From assembly GCF_009914755.1 (NCBI RefSeq), contig NC_060931.1: a DNA stretch of 64,000 nucleotides. The stretch is one strand, 5' to 3'. How positions within the stretch are numbered: the stretch's first letter is position 1; each line of letters starts with the position of its first letter. The position numbers and the translations under genes are program-made. Of this stretch, positions 12,640 through 24,190 are shown piece after piece. Source of the stretch: the human T2T-CHM13v2.0 reference genome, Homo sapiens. Under the pieces are notes generated by a model. That model worked only from the letters and a program-made list of their open reading frames with translations, made no database searches and was not told the DNA's origin.

Positions 12640-13360
12640 GGGGAGGGGAAGAATAATGCCTGTGGGTGGCCTGAGCCACTGCATGAATCTGTTTACTGAG
12701 ACTGCAAGATCAGTTCACTGGAGTTGAGAGCCACAAGCTCCGCTTTGCCCCTGAAGAGGTGGAGAAGCCTATGAGAAGCCTGCGTAGGATGCCAGGTGTG
12801 CAGGTGGAGGTGTGGGTCTGGATTTTCAGGGAGGGGCCAGGATGAGAGAGACAGAATGGGGGTCATCAGGACAAGCCTGGCCTGGAGGAGGTTCCGGGAA
12901 GAGTGGTAAAGGAGAGAGAGGGCCAGAGCAGAGCCCAGCGGGGGCTGCGGCATTTCAGCACCATAAGTAAGAAACTAGGAAGGAAACAGGCAGAAGGAAA
13001 TCCACCAGGTAAGAGTCCACAGAAGCCTGGAGAAAAAGCAGTTTCCAAAAGAAAATGGTGCCAAATGCCGATAAGTGGTTGGAATCAGACAAGAAGAATG
13101 GAACATGACCTTGGCAGCCATCATGGCCTGGGATCCTCACGGCCCTGACGAGGGCCATCTCCTGAGGGAAGAGGCTCACTGGCAGGGCTGAGACAGAGTA
13201 CATGTCTGGCACTGCTGGGCAGCCAGGAGCCAGGCCGGCATGGAGATTTGCTGTGACCTCAGGAGAAAAATGGGCCAAGAGTGGGTGGAGAGGTGGGAGC
13301 AAGGGACGGATTTATTTTGTCTTTTAAGATGTGAGATCCTGAAACATGTTTGTATGCTTA
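12640..13360 (-). mobile_element. L2 ORF2-region fragment
   Basis: cacagaagcctggagaaaaagcagtttccaaaagaa, tttaagatgtgagatcctgaaacatgtttgtatgct resemble reversed L2. Confidence 0.65.
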
Positions 13361-13379
13361 CATTCATGACCCAACAGGG

Positions 13380-13788
13380 TACACTGGTCAGGGTTCTCCA
13401 GAGAACAGAACCAATAGGCTGTCTGTATACAGAGTGATTTACTTTAAGGAATTGGCTCATGAGAAAGTGGGAGCCAGCTGTTTTGAAATCTTCAGGGCAG
13501 GCCAGCAGGCTGGAGACTCAGGGAAGAGCTGATGTTAATAGCTCAAGTCCAAAGGCAGTCTGGAGGCAGGGATCCCTCTTTCCCAGGGGCTGTCTCTTCT
13601 GTTAAGACCTTCAACGAGAGAATGAGGTCCACCTACATTACAGAGGACAATCTGATTTCCTCAAAATCTACAGAGGTAAATGTTAATCTCATCCAAAAAA
13701 TAACTTCAAGGCAATATCTAGACTGTTATTTGAGTAGAACCTGGCCGCTGTAGTGTAGCCAAGTTGACACACAAAATTAACCATCACT
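13380..13788 (-). mobile_element. MLT2 (MLT2C/D-like) ERVL LTR
   Basis: gtcagggttctccagagaacagaaccaatagg...aaggaattggctcat...agccaagttgacacacaaaattaaccatcac. Confidence 0.92.
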
Positions 13789-14929
13789 TTGAAGAAGGAT
13801 GTGGACACACGATTCTCTCTGAAGAAGACCTGAGCAATTCGTTTAGGTGGAGATGTCAGTTTGCTGAGACCATATTGTTAATACTCAAATATGGGGAAAA
13901 TTCCCACCCCTGACTGTCCCTGGTTTTCAGGGACAGTCTAAACTGGCTGCCCATTTGCTCAGGGAGTCCTGGCTTTTCCAGTCCGCACTGATTCTCACAG
14001 TATGTGATCCTAAGCTAGGTTCTTCACTAGCATTACAGAAGAATAAACCTTGGGCTTAGGATGTCATGACCCTTGGTCTGTAATAGATTTTCTCTGGAAA
14101 TTCACCACGATGAGGAGAATGTAAACATGACTGGTCTCCAGCAGCCCAGCCTCTGAGCAAGCACTAAGTGGGCCCCATCCTGCCAGCAGCTGCTCCCAGA
14201 AGAGCTTCGCTTCTCTCAGATCCACCCTGACAGGAGCCATCACTCTCCTCACCCCTCCAGGTTTCTAGAAGTCTTCAGTCTGCTTTCAATGAGATCACCA
14301 TCAAAACTCATCCCTTTAGCCCTGAAAGCCCAGCTATGCTCACACCTGTCACTTCTAACAGACTCTCCTCAGGCTGGCTTACATAAGAGGATGGCAATAT
14401 AGAGAGGAAAACTAAAAGCACGCCTCAGCTACCCCTGCTCCCGACCAGGCTTGACATTACCACCTCCAGGGTCACCTCGTCCTAGCCCCCGATGCAGCTG
14501 CCATATTGCCAGAGCCACCTCTTTCTCCTCAGGACCCATGGCCCAGTCCCACCTTACCCACCATTCAGAGCCACAGGAGAGGGGAACAGATGGCCTCTTA
14601 AGGCTATCACCGTTACCTGGACAGGAAGGCTTGCTGCTGCAAGGAGGAGAGAGTTCTCTCACCATTGCCAACTGCAGATTTTCTTAGTCTGAAGCAATGA
14701 CATGACTAAAACTCATCACATTGTTTTGTCTCCAAGAACAGAGGAGTAAGAATCTACTCCCAAGACTGATTTAGACCTCCAGAAACTGATTCCCACTAAA
14801 AAATAGCTCATTTGTTCCTTGCCCAGTGAGATGAAGAGGCCCGGGGGTTGCCCTCCCAGCCTGGGAACTGGGAGATAGGAAGATCACATCCTGCGGAGGA
14901 GGATCAGGAGGCTCACGGGGGCTGGGCCT

Positions 14930-15090
14930 CAGGGATGAGTCATGCCGCCAGGCCAGGGAACAGGTGGGTGACAGGCTGAGGGCCGCACTCTGACTCAGCG
15001 GCCTGCCCGCTGCAGGCACCTGACGCCCGGTGCTCTGTGGGGTAGGAGTATGAAAATGACCTTCAAAGTGATCATCATGACTCATGCAAG
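14930..15090. promoter_or_regulatory. Candidate AP-1 enhancer (three TGA(C/G)TCA sites)
   Basis: TGAGTCA 14936-14942, TGACTCA(GC) 14991-14997, TGACTCA 15078-15084 in non-repeat DNA that retains CpGs. Confidence 0.5.
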
Positions 15091-15634
15091 GGGTTGCCAC
15101 CAGCCTTGGTACTTAGTTTTCCAGAGAAAGGTGATGTTTTGATTCTAATTTATTTTTTTTTAACTCAAACTACTGCTGGATATGTAAATTGAGTTTGCAA
15201 ACCTTACATGTAATTTCCAAACTGCTGAGAGCGTATTTGAATCATAGATTAAGAAAACAAGATGCCAAGTTTTTTCTTGTATCTTTATGAAAAAGAATAG
15301 CACATGAGTAAAAGATTTTTCACCTTTTAATTTTTCAAGGGAATAGAATCAGATTAATCTTTCATGAGACACTCAGCTCTTACTTATTAAAATTGATTTT
15401 AAGGAAGGGAAAATGAACTAGAATTTTATCTTTTCATATTCCACCTTTAAGGTGTACTCTTGAGCAAATGTGAATAAAATTTTGCCACCAGTAAAACTAA
15501 GCCTGTAGGATGTAGTTTTCCAGGATAAAAAGATTATTCCATTTTCTAGATTATGTTAATTACCAGGCATCCTTTCAAAATGAATGTTAGGTGAAAAGAC
15601 AATGCAAGGACTTGCTTCTGATTCTTGTTATTCA

Positions 15635-15725
15635 ACTATCTGCTCTATGAGGGCAAGAAGACAGGCTAACTTATTCATTAAATGGGGTAAACACCCTCAA
15701 ATATTTATTTAATAAATGAATTAAT
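15635..15725 (+). mobile_element. L2 3' end
   Basis: gctctatgagggcaag...ctcaaatatttatttaataaatgaat. Confidence 0.55.
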
Positions 15726-15982
15726 AATGGTTGATTTTCAACTGCCATACATAATGATATACACTTCATTTTTTGTTCTTTGTTTTATAAAGAAATTTAA
15801 AATTTCACTTCTTGCAGATGGCAAGGATCTTTCATCTGGCACCCTATACAAGTGCAGCATTACATTTGGGTCAGTCCTAACAGGAACCTGCACTTTAACC
15901 AGGTGGGCCTGCTCCTCACGTCTGGACTGCCCACCTCTTCTCTGTTCCCTGATGTTTGCCTACCCTGTTTCCCCAGTCCTGA

Positions 15983-16493
<511 letters not shown>

Positions 16494-17004
16494 TGACTTC
16501 TTGGGGGTGAAATAAGACATGCATATAGTTGGCAGGGAAACAGTGATGCACAAGAGAAAGGTCCAGGGCACATGCTGTGAGAACTGAAAAGAGGGAAGGA
16601 GAATGGCTTCTCTGGGGGTCCTTTGGATAGGGCAGGAATCATGAATGATCAGTAGGACCTGGCCAAGTGAAGACAATGGCATGAGCAGGAGCACTGCAGT
16701 CAGAGGGAACAGCAAGAGGACAGGTAGGGAGTGCAGGAAGCGCAGGCCTGTCCTGGAGCAGCAAGGAGCAGGTGGGCTGCAGATGGCATTGAGTAAGGAA
16801 AGGAGGGACTCTCAGAAGCCACTGGGCATGGATGGGGGCCTGAGTGTGGACTTCATGACACATGTATGCTTTCTGTTTAATGGAGAAATTTAATATTGAA
16901 CATGTTACAGTAAGAACTCAAATCTCCTTAAATAAAGGAATTATTCTGATACTTCTGAACAGAGAGGGGTAAAGAGAAAAGCGTAATTTAGGGAATGACA
17001 TGTG

Positions 17005-17185
17005 TTTGGATTTGTGTGCTGACTTTCCTGTTTATTAGCTGGGTAGTGTTGGATAAATTAGCCCATTTTCTCTGAGCCTTAAGGTCTTGCACAGTGAGAC
17101 GAGAATCTTACCAACCATGTCATAGGGCAATGTGTGAGTGGACTGAGAAGAAGGCACCTGCATGAACCCACAGAATGCCTAGCAA
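17005..17185 (+). mobile_element. MIR
   Basis: tttattagctgggtagtgttggataaatt...tctctgagcct...catagggcaatgtgtgag. Confidence 0.6.
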
Positions 17186-17784
17186 AACGTCTCCCCTCTC
17201 CTGGAATGGCCCAAGTGGCCCAGGTTATGTTGCCCGATACTGAATTGCACTGGGAAAAGACACATGGTTTAGCTCAGATAAGCCAGTGGGGAGGCCAGAT
17301 GTCATCTCTGAGATTTTATAACTGAGTGGAACTTTTTATGTAGGAAAACAAGGTAAAAATTTCCCAAGGGGTTTCTACGAGATTTCCAGCACTTCCTAAA
17401 TTAGCCCTGACCAGTAAAACCACGAGAGAAGACTTCCTGGCAGGGCTTGGCACTTCCATTTCCAGAACCAACCGAAAGCAGGAAGCTTTGAGACAAGTAA
17501 TAATTCAACTCTTCAGTTGGCTTCCAAAATTATCCACATTTGAGTCCCTTGGCATTTGTACCAAAGGTCAGGAGTTATTCTGATTTTATCTGTTCCAGGT
17601 CTTCAACTTGTTTTTGAGTGAACCAAATGCTTCTCACTGATGGAGGTATTTTATGTCTTCCTCCTCACCCCAGTGTATGCTGAACAAGCCTCCCAGTGAT
17701 GAGCAATTCCATACAATTAGCAGAAATCCCTTAGCTTGAGGTTGTCCACCATTAACCTGGAAATAAAAACTTTAAAATTCTGCT

Positions 17785-17900
17785 CCTTGGATTTAGATCA
17801 CCTTGGTACAATTCTCAGCTCTGCCATTTATTAGCTGTGTGACCGTGGGGAAACTTTTAACATTTGCTATGTCTTGGTTTCCTATTCTATAAAATGAAGA
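17785..17900 (+). mobile_element. MIR 5'/core fragment
   Basis: ctcagctctgccatttattagctgtgtgaccgtgggg...tttcctattctataaaatg. Confidence 0.75.
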
Positions 17901-17904
17901 AGCT

Positions 17905-18740
17905 CCATACCCATTAGGATGGCTACTCATTCAAAAAAGTTAAAAGAAAAAACACACAAAAAAAAAGCATTGGCAAGGATGTGGAGAAATCATCATCCTG
18001 GTTGGGAATATAAAATTGTACAGCTGCTATGGAAAACTGTATAGCTGTTCCTCAAAAAAATTAAACATAGAATTACCATATGACCCAGCAAGTCTGCTTC
18101 TCGGTATCTGCCCAGAAGAATGGATCTGAAAGAGATATTTGTATGTCCATGTTTATAGCAGCATTATTCACAATAGCATCCACCAAAAGGTGGATGTTTC
18201 CATCTATAAATGAATGGATAAACAAACTGTGGTAAATGCACAATACGGAATATTACTCAACCTTAAACAAGAAGGAATTTCTGACACATGCTATGACATG
18301 AATGTACCCTAAGGACATTATACCAACTGAAATAAGCCAGTCATTAATGAATAAGTGCTGTTTGATTGCTCTTATATAAGGTCTCTAGAGTAGTCTAATT
18401 TATAGAGAAAGTAGAATGGTGGTTACCAGGAGATAGGGGGAGATGGAAATGAGGACTAAATGTTTAATGAATTCAAAGTTTCTGTTTAGGAAGATGAAAA
18501 AGTTCTGGAAATCATAGAGAAAGTAGAATGGTGGTTACCGGGAGATAGCGGGAGGTGGGAATGAGGATTAAATGTTTAATAAATACAGAGTTTCCATTTA
18601 GGAAGATAAAAATGTTCTGGAAATGGCTGGTGGTGATGGTTGCATGACAGTGTCAATGTACTCAATGCCACAGAACTATATGCTTAAAAATTGTCTGAAA
18701 TGGTACGTTTTATGCTATGTGTAGTTTACTACAATTAAAC
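17905..18740 (+). mobile_element. L1MB (L1MB3-like) 3' end with an internal 112-bp tandem duplication
   Basis: catagaattaccatatgacccagcaa, gaaagtagaatggtggttacc, ggtggtgatggttgca. Confidence 0.9.
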
Positions 18741-19511
18741 TTTTTTTAATGAAGAAGCACTTTATTTTCAAAAACAGTGTTGGAACATTACAGTTTTTCT
18801 ATACCAGAAATTCCATCATAATGCAATCGTGGATTCTAGGCAAAGCACATAACCATACTAGGCCATCACAGGACATGTCACCTCATTGGTGTGGCGCATT
18901 CTTAGAAGGCCTGGCCTTGGCTTTAGGGTAGCAAAGCTTCTCTGGCAGGTATTCAGCTGCAGCGATACAGTGCCTGCGTGGGCATTCCTGCCCCTGGACA
19001 CGTGGACACATGGAGTTTTCTGGCTTCTTTGTGAATGATACTCAGGCCATGAGCCCCAGTCCCTCCACTAAGAATAAATCCATAACCTTATTTTGAGCAC
19101 ATAATCTGATAGATCATGATGCCAGTGATAAGTTTGCCTCACTATTTCCCTCTTCTATTTTCTTTTACTATGGTATTCTTCCCCCCTTTCTTTTTTCACT
19201 TTTCTAAGCTTTATTTGAATGTTTCTGTCTGCTGCAATGGTTTGTCCAAAGATCAACAAGAATAGACAGGGTGTGAGTCCCCAGTCACAACAGTTTTTGA
19301 CACCTGTGTTGACTCAATGTAGTCAATAGAAGTTCAAGCCCATCCTTTTTCTCTGACATCCTGGAAGCTCCTGTGTCTTCTCTTGATCCCTTTTGATGGC
19401 CTTTGCCCTGTGACCAGAGGAATGCAGAGCATGCTGCAGTTTGGGACCTCAGCTCTGCTGTCAGCACTATGACAAGCTCTTGTTATCTGGTCTCTGTGGT
19501 TTTTGATGGGC

Positions 19512-19705
19512 CAGTGAAATGGGGAGAGGGTGGCCTTTAGGGCCACATAGATGTGAGTGCAAATTCCAGTCCTGCCACTTAACGGTTTTGCATCTACTCT
19601 GTGAGGCTCAGTTTTCTTATCTGTAAAATGGAAAATTAATAAGAACCTTGCAGGGTTGTTGTGAGCATTGAACAAGATGATGCAATTAGAGTATGTCATG
19701 TAAAA
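19512..19705 (+). mobile_element. MIR
   Basis: ctcagttttcttatctgtaaaatgg...cagggttgttgtgagcattgaa. Confidence 0.8.
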
Positions 19706-19711
19706 GAGGCA

Positions 19712-20141
19712 ATGAACTGTTCCAAAGCCTAGTGGCTCAGAAGAGCAAGGAGTTGCTGTCTCTCAGGACTGTGCGGATTGTTCCCTGAAGAGTGTGGCCT
19801 CAGCTCATCTGTGCAGCTTCTTTGAGCTGTGGGGTCAGCAGAGCTGGTGGTCACATGTCTGGCAGTTGGTGGCTGCCTCAGTTCTTCTCCATGTGACTCT
19901 CTTCCTCCAGAAAACCAGATAGGTATTCCTTCCTAGTGGTCTCAGGGCAGTTTCAAGAGGTCAAAAGCAAAATCTGCAAGAGCCCTCAAGGCGTAGCTTC
20001 TGGAATTTGCACAACTCTGTCTCCATCCATTTCATTATCCATTGATGTCAGTGCAAGTCACAGGCTGCTCCTGAGTCCAGACTCCAGGGATCAGGAAATG
20101 GACCCCACTTCTTGATGGGAGAGCCCCAAAGCCACATTGCA
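19712..20141 (-). mobile_element. MLT1 (F/G/H-like) MaLR LTR fragment
   Basis: gcaagtcacaggc...gaccccacttcttgatgggag...aaagccacattgca matches the reversed MLT1F-type 5' end. Confidence 0.75.
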
Positions 20142-20737
20142 TTCTTCTGCTCTTGTATGCTCACCTCTGACACTATCTACTGTCATACACCATCTTCAAG
20201 AGTAAAAATAGAAGAGATAGAGATTACTGACTGACACTTAGCATTCCTAAATTTTGAATCTGACCCTGGGTCAGCAACCTACCCCTGCAAGCTTCCCATG
20301 GGAAGCTAAGCCTCAAGAGAAAATCCCTGGGTGTCACTGTTGGCCTCAAAGCCACGTAGAATCACTTCAGTGACACCACTTGCCTGAACTGAAGGGAGCA
20401 GGAGTAAAACTACTTTACTTCTTTGTTTTCCTCAGCCTAGCCCTGTTATTATCCTTACTCCTTTGATGGTAGCAGGAAAAATGTTCAGCAAGGAGAAGCA
20501 AATACAAAACACAGGAACCAGAGCAAAAGCACAGAACAGTGTTCACCCTAATGCCTGTTTATTTTGTATCTCTCTGTCTAATGCTCACCAGAACTACATG
20601 GCCCAATCAATATCCCTGGACTAGACCAATACAAAAGCACTCCTCTTCCTTGAGGATAATGAGGGGAAGAAAAACTAAGGGAGGTAGGAGCTTCCCCCTG
20701 CTAGAAGTCACCTCCCAAGGCTGAGGCCAAGCATTTT

Positions 20738-20815
20738 TCCATTTACTCATTCAATAACAATTTATTAAGCAACTATTAATCTTTTACCCCAGGCACTGCT
20801 CTAGTACAGAGATCC
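20738..20815 (-). mobile_element. L2 3' end
   Basis: ctcattcaataacaatttattaagcaacta...ccaggcactgctctag. Confidence 0.55.
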
Positions 20816-21039
20816 TGTGTGTCAGTGAGGAGCCTGCACTTTTCTCGTACGATTCTCTCTCTGAGCTCAGCATGGCTGGCCATGCATTGTAGGCTGCTGT
20901 CCAAGAGGCTTGCCCAGGCCAGAGACCACCCCAGTGCTAACTGTGCCTTCTCCCCCAGGCTCCATCCCGCACACTGCCTCTTTCAGATCTCTTTCTCTCT
21001 CCCTTTGTAGCTCTGTTCCTTCTGGAAGGTGGGGAGGCT

Positions 21040-21387
21040 CTCTTCTCCCCTCTGTCTACCCAGTAAATTTCCATTTACCCATCAGTTCTCCATAAAAGAT
21101 TACCTTCCGCAGTGAAGCCTGGCTGGCTCCTGGGCCGAGTAAAGCTCCTCTGTTCTATGGTCTTGTATGATAGGTTCCTCGCCTTCATAATATTCTCAGT
21201 TGTAACCATACAGTCATTTATGTGATACTTTGGTTAATCTCCATCTCCCTCCACGAGGCTCTATGCTTTCTGCAAACAAGCACCATGGTCATTTTCTCTC
21301 AGCGCCCTATTTCCAGTACCCAGCATAGTCCCTGCAGCAAGCTGTTTATGATCATCGTTTGCATAAGTGAATGGATGGATGAATGAG
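21040..21387 (+). mobile_element. L2 (L2b-like) 3' end
   Basis: tttatgtgatactttggttaatctccatctccctcc...ccagtacccagcatagtccctg...gaatggatggatgaatga. Confidence 0.75.
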
Positions 21388-22701
21388 CAAATCTCCCTGT
21401 GTGGTCTGCAGAGGTATCCCCTGAGCCTGTTGCTGGGAATGTAGGGCCCTAAGACAAAACCTTACCTCAAATGAAGACGTCTTCCTAAAAGGCTCAGATC
21501 CATCTTTCTCTCATTTCTTTCAGGTCCTCAACCAAGAGCCCCAGGGACCTCATTTCAAGGGTCCCTCCTTCTGTTTCTCACAGGAAGACTAGGAAATACT
21601 CGTGCTAACAGATTCCATTGGCTGCCTTAACTGTCCCAAAATCCCAGAATCAGCCCCAATCCTTGCCTTGTTATAATTCAGGTACAGAGAAAACATAAAG
21701 ACGTTCACAGTTGTAGAGTGATAAAAGCAAATGCTCTTCCATTGGGCCCACAAGTTTTGAGCACCCACTGTGTGCCAGCACCAGCACTCACAATGAAGCA
21801 ATTCTATGCTGGGATTTTTTGACATCTTAAAATGCCACTTGGTAGTGGTTTGCTAAGAGGGACAAGAGGGAGGATCATGAGTTGAAAGCTGCTGTGGAAG
21901 ACAGTATAGTTTTCTGGTAAAGATGCATCCAAACTCAGAAGAAGCACAGACAATCTACGACTTCCTGTTGGCTGCTCTTCCAGACAGTCTGACTAGCCTG
22001 CCGACATAGCCCTGGTTTTTGAGGGGAACTTAAGCCCTGCATTTAAGGGCCTAGATCATCGCTGCAAGTATCAAAGAACAAAGAGCATAGTCATTAATTT
22101 CTAGAATGATGGCTGTAATGAGGAGATGCCGACCTGAAGTCCCAGGAAGGAGGAATTAGCAGCCCACATTTTGTCTTTCCATTGACTGTTGTAGGGTTAC
22201 AAGGAGAGATAAAGCAATGAGAGTGGCACTGGTTGGCTGTGCTTGCCTTTTAAATATATATATATATTTAACAAGCCTTCATTTTGTCCTAAGAGAAATC
22301 AAATGCTGCATTTAGGGGCCTGCAGCAGAGCACAGAATGGGTCGCTGGCCCACTCCTAGCCTGAGCTGCTCCTGACCTTGGAGTTGAAGCTTACCTCGCT
22401 GCGGGAGGTCTGATAAGGCGATCTCTGCTCTCCTCGGAGATGCATAAGTGCAGACAGCCAGAGAGTGCCGTGGGTTTCCACCAAGGCCAGGCTATTCGTC
22501 ATGGGCTCTCCTTGTGGACTGTGCAGGTCTGGGTGGGGGTGGGATTTTAGGAGGGAAATAATGGTGAGGAAATCCTCTCCCTCTCACACTAAAAGTATTT
22601 TTTCTTCCCCTGTGAGTTGGGAAAAAAATGGGAATTTTACCAAAATAAATAAATAATAATGATTGCAGAATTACTGTGCTGGAGCTTTTAAGAGCCCAAT
22701 C

Positions 22702-22735
22702 TGCAAATGGGGTAAACGGCCACCAGATGGCAGTA
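22702..22735 (+). promoter_or_regulatory. Candidate CTCF site (core plus upstream TGCA module)
   Basis: CGGCCACCAGATGGCAGTA (22717-22735) is near the CTCF consensus; TGCAAAT begins 18 nt before CCACC. Confidence 0.7.
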
Positions 22736-22954
22736 CTGACCAGGTCCTTGAATCAACCAATGCGGAGCCCACAGACAGAATCCCGCATCACGCTCTCAGG
22801 GAGGAAACTGAGGCCAGATCCCATGAAATCATTCGCCAGATGTTAAAAAAAAAAAAATCAGCTGATTCTATTCAGCGTGGCTCTGCTTTCTACAGGGGTC
22901 AAGTCTATCACATTGCTATCTTAAAGGACTTCACAGTTGTAGTGATGGAAGCAA

Positions 22955-23065
22955 ATTCTCTTCTTCCATCAGCCCACATGTTTTGAGCACCCACTGTGTG
23001 CTGGCACCCAGCCAGGCACAAGGATTTGCAGGGAATGAAATCAGCTCCTGCCCTCCTGGAGCTCG
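22955..23065 (-). mobile_element. L2 3' end
   Basis: ttttgagcacccactgtgtgc...ccaggcac...cctgccctcctggagctc. Confidence 0.6.
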
Positions 23066-23079
23066 CGGAGCACTTGTTT

Positions 23080-23092
23080 GTCTGTCTGTCTG

Positions 23093-23135
<43 letters not shown>

Positions 23136-23180
23136 CTCCCTTCCTTCCTTCTTTCTCATTCTTCCTTTCTTTCTTTCTTT

Positions 23181-23228
<48 letters not shown>

Positions 23229-23245
23229 TTTCTTTCTTTCTGTCT
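23080..23245. repeat. (TCTG)n/(TTTC)n microsatellite derived from the L1 poly-A tail
   Basis: Direct reading; lies inside the L1 TSDs. Confidence 0.95.
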
Positions 23246-23684
23246 TTCACTTCAACTTTTATTTTAGATTCAGGGGGTACCCGTGCAGGTTTGTTGCGTG
23301 CATATATTGCTTGATGCTGAGGTTTGGGGTACAATTGATCCCATCAGCTGGGTAGTGAGCATTGTGCCCAATAGGTAGTTTTTCAGTCTTTCCCCCTCCC
23401 TCCCTCCCTCCCTCTCTAGTAGTCCCCCATGTCTGTTACTGCCATCTTTATGTTCATGTGTGCCCAATGTTTAGCTCCCTCTTACAAGTGAAAACATGCG
23501 GTATTTGGTTTTCTGCTCCTGTGTTAATTCACTTAGGATAATGGCCTCCTGCTGTATCCATGTTGCTGCAAAGGACATGATATCATTTTTACAGCTGTGT
23601 AGTATTCCACGGTGTATAGGTATCATGTTTTCCTTACCTAGTCCACTGTTGATGGGCTCCAGGTTTGTTTTGCTATTGTGAATA
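23080..23684 (-). mobile_element. 5'-truncated L1PA15/16-like 3' end
   Basis: ttttagattcagggggtac, gatgctgaggtttggggtac, gtttagctccc; 11-bp TSD agcacttgttt at 23069-23079 and 23685-23695. Confidence 0.92.
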
Positions 23685-23799
23685 AGCACTTGTTTATTAC
23701 GATGTACCTAGGCAGTGCCAGCACCAAAGTCTTACCCAGTTGACGGGAGTTCAAAAGGAGACAGCATCGGCTGTGGATGGGGGAGGGCAAGCCAGGAAG

Positions 23800-24190
23800 A
23801 GGGGCAGGTAAGTTCAAAGAGAAGGTGACATTTTAGTATGTTTTGAAGCCCTGTGTGACTCACACTTGCCTGCCAGGGAGGAAGATGAGGTTATTCCAGG
23901 CAGAGGAGCAGCCTGGCCAACAAGACCCTGCATAGCTGGCCACGGAAGTCGGCTGAGGTTGCAGTGTGTAGAGTGTGTGCAAAGTGGGGGGTGGGGGTGA
24001 AGCTAAAAAGGAACACGGGGCAGCTTGTGAAGGGTGCTGGACCCGTGATGAGTCGCTTCCCTAAACACGGAGCGACTCATCACATTGCACAGGCGTTGAC
24101 TGGGCTCGGGGAGAATGGGGGATCGAGAGAAGGAAGCACCAGGCATCCCTCCTGGGACTGATGAGCTGGGCCAGATAAATCTGGGATGGA
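23800..24190 (-). mobile_element. L2 fragment
   Basis: gaaggtgacattt, attccaggcagaggagcagc, ggggcagcttgtgaagggt. Confidence 0.55.

Noticed and set aside
22908-23355. ERKK- or SFFL-rich ORFs, also at 25609-26230 and 59338-59724
   Set aside because: Stop-free microsatellite translations.
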